NCBI RefSeq assembly: GCF_028641065.1
Contig: NW_026576938.1
Location: 1-64,000, forward strand
Length of the DNA: 64,000 nucleotides
Source of the DNA: Leucoraja erinacea
Lineage: Eukaryota
Reading direction: 5' to 3'
Shown here: in pieces, positions 25,620 through 39,600 of the stretch
Layout of the letters: each line of letters begins with the position of its first letter
How positions within the stretch are numbered: the stretch's first letter is position 1
The notes under the pieces: model-generated
What the model was told of the DNA's origin: nothing
Seen by the model: only the letters and a program-made list of their open reading frames with translations
Database searches by the model: none
Program-made: the position numbers and the translations under genes

Positions 25620-27389
25620 GTCCATTGGAGAGACAAAGTGGACAGCTATCTGCAGAGCCAAAAGAGATGGGGGAGATATTGAACAATTTATTTTTGTCGG
25701 TATTCACCAAGGAGAAGGATATTGAATTATGTGAGGTAATGGAAACTAGTAGAGTAGCTATGGATACTATGAGTTTCAAAGTAAAAGAAGTACTGACACT
25801 TTTGAAAAATATAAAAGTGGATAAGTCTCCAGGTCCTGACAGGATATTCCCTAGGACAATGAGGGAAGTTAGTGTAGAAATAGCCAGGGCTATGACAGAA
25901 ATATTTCAAATGTCATTAGAAACGGGAATAGTCCCCGAGGATTGGCGTACTGCGCATGTTGTTCCATTGTTTAAAAAGGGTTCTAAGAGTAAACCTAGCA
26001 ATTATAGGCCTGTTAGTTTGACTTCAGTGGTGGGCAAATTAATGGAAAAGATACTTGGAGATAATATATATAAGCATCTGGATAAACAGGATCTGATTAG
26101 GAACAGTCAGCATGGATTTGTGCCTGGAAGGTCATGTTTGACTAATCTTCTTGACTTTTTTGAAGCGGTTACTAGGGAAATTGACGAGGGTAAAGCAGTG
26201 GATGTTGTCTATATGGACCTTAGTAAGGCCTTTGACAAGGTTCCTCATGGAAGGTTGGTTAAGAAGGTTCAACTGTTGGGTATAAATGCAGGAGTAGCAA
26301 GATGGATTCAACAGTGGCTGAATGGGAGAAGCCAGAGGGTAATGGTGGATGGTTGTTTGTTGGGTTGAGGCAGGTGACTAATGGGGTGCCTCAGGAATCG
26401 GTGTTGGGTCCTTTGTTGTTTGTCATGTACATCAATGATCTGGATGAAGGTGTGGTACATTGGATTAGTAAGTATGCAGATGATACCAAGATAGGGTGTG
26501 TTGTGGATAATGAAGAGGATTTCCAAAGTCTACAGAGTGATTTAGGCCGTTTGGAAGAATGGGCTGAAAGATGGCAGATGGAGTTTAATGCTGACAAATG
26601 TGAGGTGCTACACCTTGGCACGACAAATCAAAATAGGACGTACATGGTAAATGATAGGGAATTGAAGAATACAGTTGAACAGAGGGATCTGTGAATAACT
26701 GTGCATAGTTCCTTGAAGGTGGAATCTCATATAGATAGAGTGGTAAAGAAAGCTTTTGGTATGCTAACCTTTATAAATCAGAGCATTGAGTATAGAAGCT
26801 GGGATGTAATGTTAAAATTGTACAAGGCATTGGTGAGACCAAATCTGGAGTATGGTGTACAATTTTGGTCGCCCAATTATAGGAAGGATGTCAACAAAAT
26901 AGAGAGAGTACAGAAGAGATTTACTAATGTTGCCTGGGTTTCAACAACTAAGTTACAGAGAAAGTTTGAATGTTAGGTCTTTATTCTCTGGAGTGCAGAA
27001 GGTTAAGGGGGGACTTGATGGAGGTCTTTAAAATGATGAGAGGGATAGACAGAGTTGATGTGGATCAGCTTTTCCCTTTGAGAATAGGGAAGATTCAAAC
27101 AAGAGGACATGACTTCAGAATTAAGGGACAGAAGTTTAGGAGTAACATGAGGGGAAACTTCTTTACTCAGAGAGTGGTAACGGTGTAGAACGAGCTTCCA
27201 GTGGAAGTGGTGGAGGCAGGTTCGTTGGTATCATTTAAAAATAAATTGGATAGGCATATGGATGAGAAGGGAATGGAGGGTTATGGTATGAGTGCAGGCA
27301 GGTGGGACTAAGGGGAAAAAGTTGTTCGGCACGGACTTGTAGGGCCGAGATGGCCTGTTTCCGTGCTGTAATTGTTATATGGTTATATG
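25620..27389 (+). mobile_element. CR1 LINE, 5'-truncated
   Basis: RT motifs (KSPGPD, NYRPVSLTS, SKAFDKVPH, YADDTK); GTTATATG tail repeat at the 3' end. Confidence 0.9.
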
Positions 27390-27391
27390 AG

Positions 27392-27648
27392 TGAGATGAA
27401 GCGTTAAATGCTGATGCTCTATAAGACGCTGGTCTGGCAGCATTTGGAATATTGTGAGCAATTTGGGGCACCATATCTGAGGAAGGATGTACTGGCTCTG
27501 GAGAGGGTCCAGCGGAGGTTTACAAGAATGATCCCAGGAATGAGTTAGTTAACATATGATTATTGTTTGTCAGCACTGGGCCTGTACTCGCTGGAGTTTA
27601 GAAGAATGAAGGGGGACCTCATTGAAACATACAGAATAGTGAAAGGCT
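27392..27648 (+). mobile_element. CR1 fragment fused to the TRIM-C terminal exon
   Basis: Degenerate LYKTLV..HLEYC..W.PYLRKD..LERVQRRFTRMIPG...LYSLEFRR; ends abruptly at the SPRY sequence. Confidence 0.82.
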
Positions 27649-30600
27649 CAAAGAAAGGATAAAGTTTCTCCGAGAATTTATTCCCAGTGAAGGTGTAGAG
27701 ATGGGACTTGGTGTCCGCGTCGTAAAAAGAAACTATCCCGGACTCGTAGCTGAGATAAATTCCCACCCTCCCGGGGATGGGACGGGCGGGCAGACGGGAT
27801 CGAGGGGAGGTGAACGCATGAAACGTGCCATCCCACCGCCTGATGCTCCAGACTCCAGTCTCCGGGGTCAGTGTGTCCGTACTCTTCCTCTCCACGGACT
27901 CGGCAGCGACTCCCAGACTCCAGCCCCGACTCCCCGCCACCTCCACCTCCCAGTAATGTCTCCCCGATGTGAATCCCTCCGATCCCAGCACACACGTACT
28001 GTGTGTAAACCTCTTCCCGGAATCAGGGAGACTCCTCCGGATCCAGATCCGGGCACATCTCACCCTCTTCCGATCCCGAGACACCTCGAGGAGTGGACCG
28101 GCTGTTTCCACATCCATGCTGACGGAGACTGGTGGGAGAATGAATGAATAAGTCTATTAGCCAAGTATTCACAAACAAGGAATTTGACGGTGCTCCGCAT
28201 GCAAGTGACAACATGACATACAGTGACAGTTAAGAATGATTCGTAAAACATTAAACATTAATAATAAAACATTATAGTTTAAACATGTGAATTAAATAAA
28301 ATACCAGAGTAAAAGGAGGCCACATATATTTGGTTATTGAATAGAGCTAATGCTCGTGGAAAAAAGCTTTTTATGTCTGGCTGTGGCAGCTTTGACAGTC
28401 CGGAGTCGCCTTCCAGAGGGAAGTGATTCAAAGAAGCAGAGAATTAGAGAAGGGGGAAACTCGGGCAGCACGGCCCTGGGACGGGGAGGGGGAGAAGCCA
28501 CTCGGCCTCAGGCACAGGTGGGCAGACAACTGAAACCTTACCCCAACAACAGCAGGTGGACAACAGATATCTTTCCCAGGGTTCCTCAACCAGGCAGGAG
28601 AGGTGGAATTCCGCAGATTATCGGGAACGGGAGGGGTCGGGGGCGTGCGGACGGGGAAAACGAATACGTAAAGTGAGGATGAACGAGATATTGCGGGTGA
28701 AGATGGAGAAATAAGGCGGGTATTTAAATATCAGTAGATGGCAAAGGAGAGGCAGATTGGAAGATGAGGAGACTGGTGTGAGTGGTAATTAGAGGTGGTT
28801 AAAGAGGATGTAGGGATGTGGGGTAGAGTTGCCGTGATCATACTGAACGGGAGTGGTCTGGACAGGCGAGGCCATCTGCTACTGTTTACTTGCTTTCTAT
28901 AGGGGAGGGTGGATTTGATGCGTCTGTACAACCAAGAACACCCTGATCACATTGTGAACCAATATATGGACTTCACTGGGGGACTTGACATGTTTTGCAT
29001 GTAAGGCTGGTCCAGAAATCAAATGCAGGTGGTATCCAAGACGAGTTGGTAAAATGGACTCACAATTGGCTTGGTGGTTGGAGGTGGAAGGTAGCGGTAG
29101 AAGGATGATTTTGCTGCATGGAGGTCTGGGACTGGTGGTGTGCAGCAGAGATCGGTGCTGCAACCTTTGCTGCTTATTTTATGTAGGTGTGACTTCTAAG
29201 TTTGTGGAGAACATGTAATGTTGTGGATACCAAAGAAGTCTGTCAAAGTCTGCAGCAGGATATAGGCTCGATCATCTAAATCTTATTGTCATGCAGGTAT
29301 ATCAATACTGGAGGACACCGTTTTCTTCACACAAGGAGTTGTTAATACCTGGAATATTTTGCCAGAGGAGGTGCTGAAATCAGATGTAATCACTACATGT
29401 AAGAGGCATCGCGATTTAGCAAACGAGGTGTAGAATAATATGGTTCTAATGTGGGCAAATGGGATTTGTGTAGCTGGAAAAAAGGTGGACAAGAATATGA
29501 TGGGCTGAAGGGCCTGACTCTGTAATGTACAACCATGGCTCTCTGGCTCCAAGAGCATGGAATGACTGATTATCCACAGCTATCAGTGCAGGGAAATCCA
29601 AAGGTTGCCCAGTCTCTGCGTGCAGTAATGTCTCCTTGTCTCTGTCCTAAATGGTCCAGCCCACATTCTGAGAGGGTTTCCGCTGACTCCAGACCCCTCA
29701 GACAGGGGAAACATCCTCCCTGCATCCAGCCCACTGAGCCCTGTAAGGACTTTCACTGAGATCTCCTCTAATACACCTGAACTCTCGAGTACACAGGCCT
29801 AGTCTACGCAATTTCACCCAGCACAGTAAACCCATTCTCCCAGGAGCAAGGATTTGTTCAAGTGCAAACAAACTTCACTCTCTGTCTCTGTGATGCTTCC
29901 CCCAGAGTCCATTAATACCATTAATCTTCACATATAAATATTGCATAAAGATGTCTTAAAAAAGAACAATGGGAAAGGTATTAGTTTTACCTCGTTTGAT
30001 GAGATCAGATGTTTCTCTCAATGCCGTGTTGTAGAAAAAGGTGCGATCATAGTTTTCAGTGGGCAACGGGCCATATACCACCGATATTGTATTGGTTTCA
30101 TCACTAATCCTGCAAATATTTAACAGCTGGTTAGAAACTGAGCATTAGCTGTTTTGAGCTGTACTATAAAAACATACATTGTTTCAGTCAAAAGCATGTC
30201 CTACCTCCTCTTGCGACCAGCCTCCTCCTGAAATAAATAAAACACAAATCTCAATAGACTGAGATGGATCATGATCCTGACGGCGGGTATTTCACCAAAT
30301 TGCTACAAAAAACCCTCTGATAATTCCCATTTCCCAACTCTTTGCCGCTGTCACACAGACAGAAAGTGGATATTGTCGTAGAGACATCGAACACGGGGGA
30401 AAGCATTAGGAATGTGGATGAAAATAACTGCGAGTATGTAACTTACGAACAAAACTGGGCAGGTTGTGGGATTTTATCTGGAGAAGGTGTCAGAGATAAT
30501 AGGATGGAATATTTTAATATCAGCGGTGGATTTAAATGGGTGGGGGTTGGAAATATTATCACTACTTGTGGGGAAAATAAAAATAAAACCTGAAATGTAT

Positions 30601-33600
30601 GATGGCCTTTAATAAATTACACAAGAAACGCAGGAAACAGAACGTGGAACTAACAGGATGGCCTGAAGACAATACTGCAGATAAATTGAAGTTGAAGTGG
30701 GATAAATACATCAGGGTTAAGAATAAATTCCCGGAATTTGGTGCATTATTGTCGGATATGGTGAGTAGATGGAACAGACGGAACATTGACCCAGTACTGA
30801 ATTACTGGTAAATGCAGCATTTATTTCAGAAATGTAACCCACCATTTTGTGACTGTGTACTTTCACTTCACCAAACTGTAGAGTAACCCCTCACCTTCAG
30901 AAATATCACGCCGTCCTTGTGGTCTATCTGTTCCTGTAACTTTGAGAGTTCCTCCTGAATGGAATTTAAATTCTCTTGTATCTCCTGAAGATTTTTCTCC
31001 ATTGTTTTTACAATCTTCGCCTCTTCTTCCCGGATATCTCCGAGTAAGCGCTGCTCTTTCACAGTGAGAATCTGGTGCAGTTCATCAAACTGGGATGTGA
31101 TCAGTGACTGAAGGTTGTTTGACTCTTCCTGTCAGATGAAAGATGAGAATCAATATAATATGTCAATCTTAAATGCAGAAATATGCCATTCGGCCCAACA
31201 TGTCCATGCTGGGCTCTGTACGTATCTACACTAATCCCATTTACATGTATTTAATCCATAGCTTTCATTACCATGGCAATTTAAGAGCTAGTCTTGATAA
31301 TTCTGAAATATTTGGTGAAAGTAAACATAGAACATAGAAGCATAGAAAATAGGTGCAGGAGTAGGCCATACGGCCCTTCGAGCCTGCACCGTCATTCAAT
31401 ATGATCATGGCTGATCATCCAACTCAGTATCCTGTACCTGCCTTCTCGCCATACTGATCCCCTTAGCCACACGGGCCACATCTTTTTTTTTTTTTTTTTT
31501 TTTTTTATTTTATTAGAAGTTAATACAGTACAATACAGCACAGTGGAACCTAATTTTAGGTGCCAACTATGTCATACCGTAATCCATTCTATGTACAACC
31601 TCTAGTTTTATGTTATGAAAAGGAAGTAAGCAAGACAAGAAAAAGAAAACAATAGAAAGAGGAAAAAGTGGAAAAATAGATGGTAGAGAGTAGAAAAACG
31701 TGAAGTGTGTATATAAATTTTTTTTTTTTAAAAAGTGGAAAGTAGAAATAGAAGTGAAGGCCCCTTAAAAGAGAATTTTTCAAATCTGTATTCGGAGATG
31801 TAGATCTATCCGCGTCTATGAACTGAAATCAGCAATCTTTACGGTACCGCTGCATCACATGATTCCAAAAACTCGATGAAACGAGACCAACTCCTTAAGA
31901 ATTGGTCATATTTATCTATTAGTCGGAGTCTTATTTCTTCAAGGCGTGCTATGTCCATCATATTCCTAATCCACATTTTAACAGTTGGTATGGTTGTATT
32001 TTCCAAAATTTAAGTATCAATTTCTTTCCAATTATTCCTATTATTCCAAATATAATCCATTCCGTTTTGGGTTCTATTCTTGACTTGAAGAGCTTTGTAA
32101 ATATATCAAATATATCACTCCAAAATTTATTCAACTTTGTACATCCTACAAATGAATGTGTTATATTAGCGTTTTGAAACAAACATTTATCGCATCTGGG
32201 AGAGACGTTTGGATAAAATTTATTCAACCTCGTTTTTGAATAATATAGTCTATGTAATAATTTTAATTGAATTAAATTATGTCTTGCATTAATAGAACAG
32301 TTATGTGTATTCATCAAATACTTTTCCCATCTATCCTTCGAGATCTTTATCATTAGCTCACGTTCCCAATCTTCCCTTAGTGCTTCTGTTGAGGGTGATT
32401 CTCTATTTAATATATTATTATAAAAGTATGATATTAATTTTTGTGAATCAGCCTTAATATTCATTGCTTCTTCTAAAGGGTCTAAAAATATAGTTTGAAA
32501 TCTATGTGTATATTTCTTCATAAAGTCACATACCTGTATATATTTAAAATATTGATTATCCTTCAATTTAAATTTAAATTTTAATTGTTGAAATGATAAC
32601 AGTTTGCCCAATTCATACATATCCCCTACTTTCCTAATCCCCAGTCTATCCCATTGTTGATATGTGTTGTCGATGAGAGAAGGTTTGAATGCGGGGTTGT
32701 TCAATAGTGGGGTTAGTACTGATAAATTATTTAATTTCAAGGATACTTTTATTTGTTTCCAAATTCTTATTATATTGTGAATAATTGGGTTCTTCTTATA
32801 TATTATACTATTCAATTTTATCGGTGAGAGCAGGATCGTTCCTATATCGTGCGGATAGCACTCCTCTTTCTCCATTCTTATCCACTCCAACTGCTGAGTG
32901 GAACTATCCAGCCAGTACATTATGTTCTTAATATGCACTGCCCAGTAGTAATACATAAAGTTAGGTAATGATAAACCCCCAACTTCTTTAGATTTGCACA
33001 AATGCTTTCGTTGAATTCTATGTGTTCTGTAGTCCCATATAAAATTAGTGATAGTGGAATCTAGTTTTTTGAAAAAATATTTTGGAATATATATTGGGAT
33101 CGCTTGAAACAAATATATTAATTGTGGTAAGAAAGTCATTTTAATAGCGTTAATTCTACCTATCAATGAGAGCGGAAGCGTTTTCCAAAATTTAATCGTA
33201 TCATTCAGTTTATTTAATAGTGGTTTAAAATTGGCACTAAATAATGATTTGTGTCTTCTCATAATTTGAATACCCAGATGCTTGAATTTTTCTGTTGCAA
33301 TTTTGAAGGGGAATTTTAGTGTCTCGAATCCTGTGGTTTTAAAGACATAATTTCGCTTTTATTCCAATTTATTCTATATCCTGAAAAAGAGCCGAATTCA
33401 TCAATTAGTGTTAATAAGGTGGGTATACTCGTTTGTGTATTAGTAATATATAAAAGGATATCATCAGCATATAATTAAATTTTATTCTTTAAGTCCTTAG
33501 TGTTATATCCGTGAATATTCGGGTGATTTCTAATCCTTTCGGCCAGCGGTTCTATCATAAGGGCAAATAGCAATGGTGATAGGGCACACCCTTGCCTATT

Positions 33601-36600
33601 ACCCCTTGATAAGTAAAATTTTGGAGATAGCGTATTGTTAGTTAATATTCTTGCCGTAGGTCTATCGTAAAGTAGTTTAATCCATCTAATAAAATTCTCT
33701 CCCGTATTAAATTTTTGGAGTACCTTGTATAAATACTGCCATTCTACTTGATCAAATGCCTTCTCTGCATCCAGCGTGACAACTGAAATATCTTCATTGT
33801 CCTCATTATGAGAGTACATTATATTGCAAAGCCTTCTCAAATTATCAAATTATTATGAAAGCTCAAGGTCACAAGCTCGTCACCAAACCCTTCAGCATGG
33901 AGAAATATGAGACCATCTCCTTTTGAAATGGCCATGATATGAGGCATCTGTTCCACACTATATGACCTATTATTTACACATATAACTAACTAATTAACCA
34001 ATTACGCGCAATAAACCAACGTTAAAGGCGTAATGTCCTATACTAACACGACTAACTATATAGCAGGAAGGATGGGGGAGGTTAGACATATATTTTAAAT
34101 ACTAAATACTAATTATGAATTAACTAACATACAGGTAAATGAAAAGTGTAATTATTGACAAGGTACTTTAACCCATAATTACTTTTATTTTAATCCAAAT
34201 CTTCTACCTTCCCTTTTCTTTTATTTTATTCTATGTTAAACTGTTCAGCGATTAATTGACCTGATATGATAATTTTGGTATCAATTAGAGGGAACCGCCT
34301 AACGTTGGGTCAAATTCTAATAGGGGGATGAGGCCCAGTGCATAATCTCATCGACGGAGGTCAATTTAAAAACAAATCTAGCTACCTTAGGTAGCTTTTT
34401 TGTAATTTATCGCTTTTTTGATAAATTACATTCACTTTTTTTGTTTATTCACAATTATGTGTTGTATGACTTAATAATTTTTATGTACACTTTATTTTAT
34501 GTTTTTCTCTTTCCCTTAATTATGTTTAATAGTGTCAGGAGATGTAAAACTACTGTAGAAATTATGAAGGACAACTCTGGATTCGGGATTCTGAGGTACT
34601 TGGCTGCATCACATGAATCATAAAGTCTGGTAATAATAGCCAATGCAAGATAATAGTCGAATAAATATCGGAGGTCTCACCTTCTGTAGTTGGAATATCA
34701 GAGGTGCGAATGAGCCAATTAAGAGGGGTAAAATTCTGGCACAATTAAAATCATTACATATGGATATTGCTTTCCTACAAGAGACACATTTGAAACAACA
34801 AACTCAGATCAGATTAGGGGCAATTGGATAGGTCAAACCTATTACTCCTCATTCACCTCTAAAGCAAGAGGCACGGCCATTATAATTCGGAAGGGTATAC
34901 CTTTTAAATTAAAGAAGTCCATATCTGATAAAGAGGGAAGATATGTTATAGTCACGGGAGAAATTTACAATACACCATTAACTGATAAATATTTACGCGC
35001 CTAATTTTGATAACCCACAATTTTTTAGGAAAATAATAGATTTTATCGCAGAGCATAATTTTCAAAATATAATAATGAGGGGAGATTTCAACTGTGTTAT
35101 AGACCCATACTTAGATAAATCAATAAAGCTAGGGAAGCGTCTTGTTAAAACTAAGACCTGTGAATTTTTAAATACTTATATAAAAAATAATAACATAGCT
35201 GATGTTTGGAGAATAGCAAATCCAAGTGGTAGGGAATACTCATTTTATTCATCAGTTCATAAAACTTATTCGCGAATTGACTATTTCTTATTGGACGCAA
35301 AATTAATCCCGTATACGAATAAACCATCATATCATCATAGTATTATTTCTGATCATTCACCATTGACTTTTATACTTAAAATTGAGGGAATGCCGAGTAT
35401 AAAACCTTTTTGGAGATTCAATGCACACATATTAAATAACCCGCAGGGTTATGAGTATATAAAAGAACAAAACTTTTTTTCGAAATAAATGACACGCCGG
35501 GTATTTCTGCACCGCTATTATGGGAAACCTTCAAGGCATATATTCGCGGTATCATAATCTCTTACCAAAGTTTTCAAAATAAGGAAAATAAAAGAAAACT
35601 TCAGCGGATAGAACAGAAAATAAAATTACTAGAACTGGACAATGCAACTGACCCAAACATAAATAAACATAATAAGATAACTTTATTGAAATATAAAGTC
35701 AATAGAATACTATCGGCTAGCGTAATAAGATTATTTCAAATTACAAAACAAGCACACTTTGAATTTGGGGATAAGCCACATAAACTACTTGCGAGGCAAC
35801 TGAAGCAACGAGAAAAGGAAAAAACTATTACTAAAATTAAATCGGATAAGGGTGAGTTTCTAACATTGCCTAAGGATATTAATAAGAGGTTTGCCCAATT
35901 TTATCATACTTTATATACATCTAAAATAAATACAGATGTAAGTAAAATTACAAATTTTTTAGATAATTGCAAGCTCCCAAAATTGGATAGTTTAGAACAA
36001 GAGCAATTAGGATCACGGATTACTAGTGAAGAAATAAAACAAATAATAAACTCCATGAAAAATGGGAAGACCCCAGGACCAGACGGTTTTAGTAATGAAT
36101 TTTATAAAAGATTTCAGGAGTCAATTGTACCAAGATTATTCAATTTATACACGCAGGCTTATACTGAAAATAAACTACCCGAAACCCTAGCAGAAGCAAC
36201 AATAACGCTTATACCCCAAAAAGATAAAGATTTAGATGAACCGAGTTCTTATAGAGCTATTTCACTTCTAAATACGGATCAGAAAATTTTAGCAAAGATT
36301 CTAGCTAGAAGGCTAAATAATTATATTAACAATTCAATAAATACGGATCAAACGGGATTTATACCCAAAGGGCCACATCTAACTCCCTCTTAAATATAGC
36401 CAATGAACTGGCCTCAACTACCTTCTGTGGCAGAGAGTTCCAGAGATTTCAAGTCAAGTCAAGTTTATTTGTCACATACACATACGAGATGTGCAGTGAA
36501 ATGAAAGTGGCAATGCTCGCGGACTTTTGTGCAAAAGACAAACAACCAAACAACCAAACAAATTATAAATACAATCATAGCACACATATTCTTTTACATA

Positions 36601-39600
36601 ATAAATAATGGAAGGAAAAACGTTCAGTAGAATTAGTCGCTGGTCCCCTAATTCCACAGATTCACCACTATCTGTGTGAAAAATGTTTTCCTCATCTCGG
36701 TCCTAAAAGATTTCCCCCTTAACCTTAAACTGTGACCCCTTGTTCTGGACTTCCCAAACATCGGGAACAATCTTCCTGCATCTAGTCTGTCCAACCTTTT
36801 GTAAGCTTCTATAAGATCCCCCCTCAATCTTCTAAATTCTAGCGAGTACAAGCCTCGTCTATCCAGTCTTTCTTCATATGACTTCCCAGGAATCAGTCTG
36901 GTGAACCTTCTCTGTACTCCCTCTATGGCAAGAATGTCTTTCCTCAGATTAGGAGACCAAAACTGTACGCAATACAGGGTCTTGGTGTGGTCTCACCAAG
37001 ACCCTGTACAACTGCAGTAGAACCTCCCTGCTCCTATACTCAAATCCTTTTGCTATGAATGCTAACATACCATTCGCTTTCTTCACTGCCTGCTGCACCT
37101 GCATGCCTACTTTCAATGACTGGTGTACCATGACACCTAGGTCTCGTTGCATCTCCCCTTTTCGTAATCAGCCACCATTCAGATAATAGTCTACTTTCCT
37201 GTTTTTGCCGCCAAAGTGGATAACCTCACATTTATCCACATTATACTGCATCTGCCATGCATTTGCCCACTCACCCAGCCTATCCAAGTCACCTTGCAGC
37301 CTCCTAGCATCCTCCTCGCAGCTAACACTGCCCCCCAGCTTCGTGTCATCCGCAAATGTGGAGATGTTGCATTCAATTCCCTCGTCCAAATCATTAACAT
37401 ATATTGTAAATAGCTGGGGTCCCAGCACTGAGCCTTGCGGTACCCCACTAGTCACACTGCCTGCCATTGTGAAAAGGACCCGTTTACTCCTACTCTTTGC
37501 TTCCTGTCTGCCAGCCAGTTCTCTAAACACATCAATCTGAACCCCCAATGCCGTGTGCTTTAAGTTTGTATACTAATCTCTTATGTGGGACCTTGTCGAA
37601 AGCCTTCTGAAAGTCCAAATATAACACATCCACTGGTTCTCCCTTATCCACTCTACTAGTTACATCCTCGAAAAATTCTATAAGATTTGTCAGACATGAT
37701 TTACCTTTCATAAATCCATGCTGACTTTGTCCAATGATTTCACCACTTTCCAAATGTGCTGCTATCCCATCTTTAATAACTGATTCTAGCAGTTTCCCCA
37801 CTACCGATGTTAGACTTACTGGTCTAATGTAAAATCACATCATTCCCATTTCCCCAGTACAATTCCCTGCAACCTATTCCATTTCATGTGTCCATTAACC
37901 CTCAGTGGATAGAACCAGGTCACCAGAACTAGCAGACAGCAGCACCACTTAGAATGACAGACTTCATAGACTCATACAGCAAGGGATGTTGGATACCGAC
38001 CAAGACATTTTCATTAGGCGAGAAATAGTATTGCGTAGGCTAATGGGACTAAAGGATGATAAATCCCCGGGGCCTGATGGTCTGCATCCCAGGGTCCTCA
38101 GGGAAGTGGCTCTGGCAATCATGGACGCATTAGAGATCATTTTCCAATGTTCAATAGATTCAGGATCAGTTCCTGTGGATTGGAGGATAGCTAATGTTAT
38201 TCCACTTTTCAAGAAAGGAGCGAGAGAGAAAACGGGGAATTACAGACTAGTTAGCCTGACTTTGGTGGTGGGAAAGATGCTGGAGTCAATTATTAAAGGT
38301 AATAATGGGGCACTTGGATAGCAGTAAAATGATTAGTCCAAGTCAGCATGGATTTATGAAAGGGAAATCATGCTTGACTAATCTTCTGGAATTTTTTGAG
38401 GATGTGACAAGTAAAATGGATGAAGGGGTGCCAGTGGATGTAGTGTATCTAGACTTTCAAAAACCCTTTGATAAGGTCCCGCACGGGAGACTGGTGACTA
38501 AAATTAGAGCACATGGTATTGGGGGTGGGGTGTTGATGTGGATAGAAAATTGGTTGGCAGACAGGAAGCAAAGAGTAGGAGTGAACGTGTCCTTTTCAGA
38601 ATGGCAGGCAGTGGCGAGTGGAGTGCCGTAAGGCTCAGTGTTGGGGCCGCAACTGTTTACTATATATATTAATGATTTGGAAGAGGGAAATAGGAGCAAC
38701 ACTAGCAAGTTTGCAGATGACACAAAGCTGGGTGGAAGTGTGAACTGTGAAGAGGATGTTAGGCGGTTGCAGGGTGACCTGGACAGGTTGAGTGAGTGGG
38801 CAGATGCATGGCAGGCGCAGTATAATATAGATAAATGTGAGGTTATCCACTTTGGTGGCAAAAACAAGGGGGCAGATTATTATCCCAATGGGGTTAGGTT
38901 AGGTAAGGGGGAATTACAGCGAGACCTTGTCCTTGTACACCGGTCACTGAAAGTTGGCGTGCAGGTACAGCAGGCAGTGAAGAAAGCTAATGGAATGTTG
39001 GCCCTAACAAGAGGATTTCAGTATAGGAGTAAAGAGGTTCTTCTGCAGTTGTATAGGGCTCTGGTAAGACCACATCTGGAGTATTGTGTACAGTTTTGGT
39101 CTCCTAATTTGAGGAAGGACATCCTTGTGATTGAGGCAGTGCAGCGTAGGTTCACAAGATTGATCCCTGGGATGGCGGGACTGTTATATAAGGAAAGATT
39201 GAAAAGACTGGGCTTGCATTCACTGGAGTTTAGAAGGACGAGGGGGATCTTATGGAAACATATAAAATTATAAAAGAACTTGACAAGCTAGATGCAGGAA
39301 AAATGTTCCCAATGTTGGGTGAGTCCAGAACCAGGGGCCACAGTCTTAGAATAAAGGGGAGGCCATTTAAGACTGAGGTGAGAAAAAACGTTTTCACCCA
39401 GAGAGTTGTGAATTTGTGGAATTCCCTGCCACAGAGGGCAGTGAAGGCCAAATCACTGGATGGATTTAAGAGAGAGTTAGATAGAGCTCTAGGGGCTAGT
39501 GGAATCAAGGGATATGGGGAGAAGGCAGGCATGGGTTATTGATTGGGGACGATCAGCCATGATCGCAATGAATGGCGGTGCTGGCTCTAAGGGCCGAATG

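Noticed and set aside
25400-26368. 322-aa ORF as a host-RT fusion gene
   Set aside because: It has a TTG start in non-coding flank and runs by chance into a truncated CR1 RT that frameshifts at ~26365.
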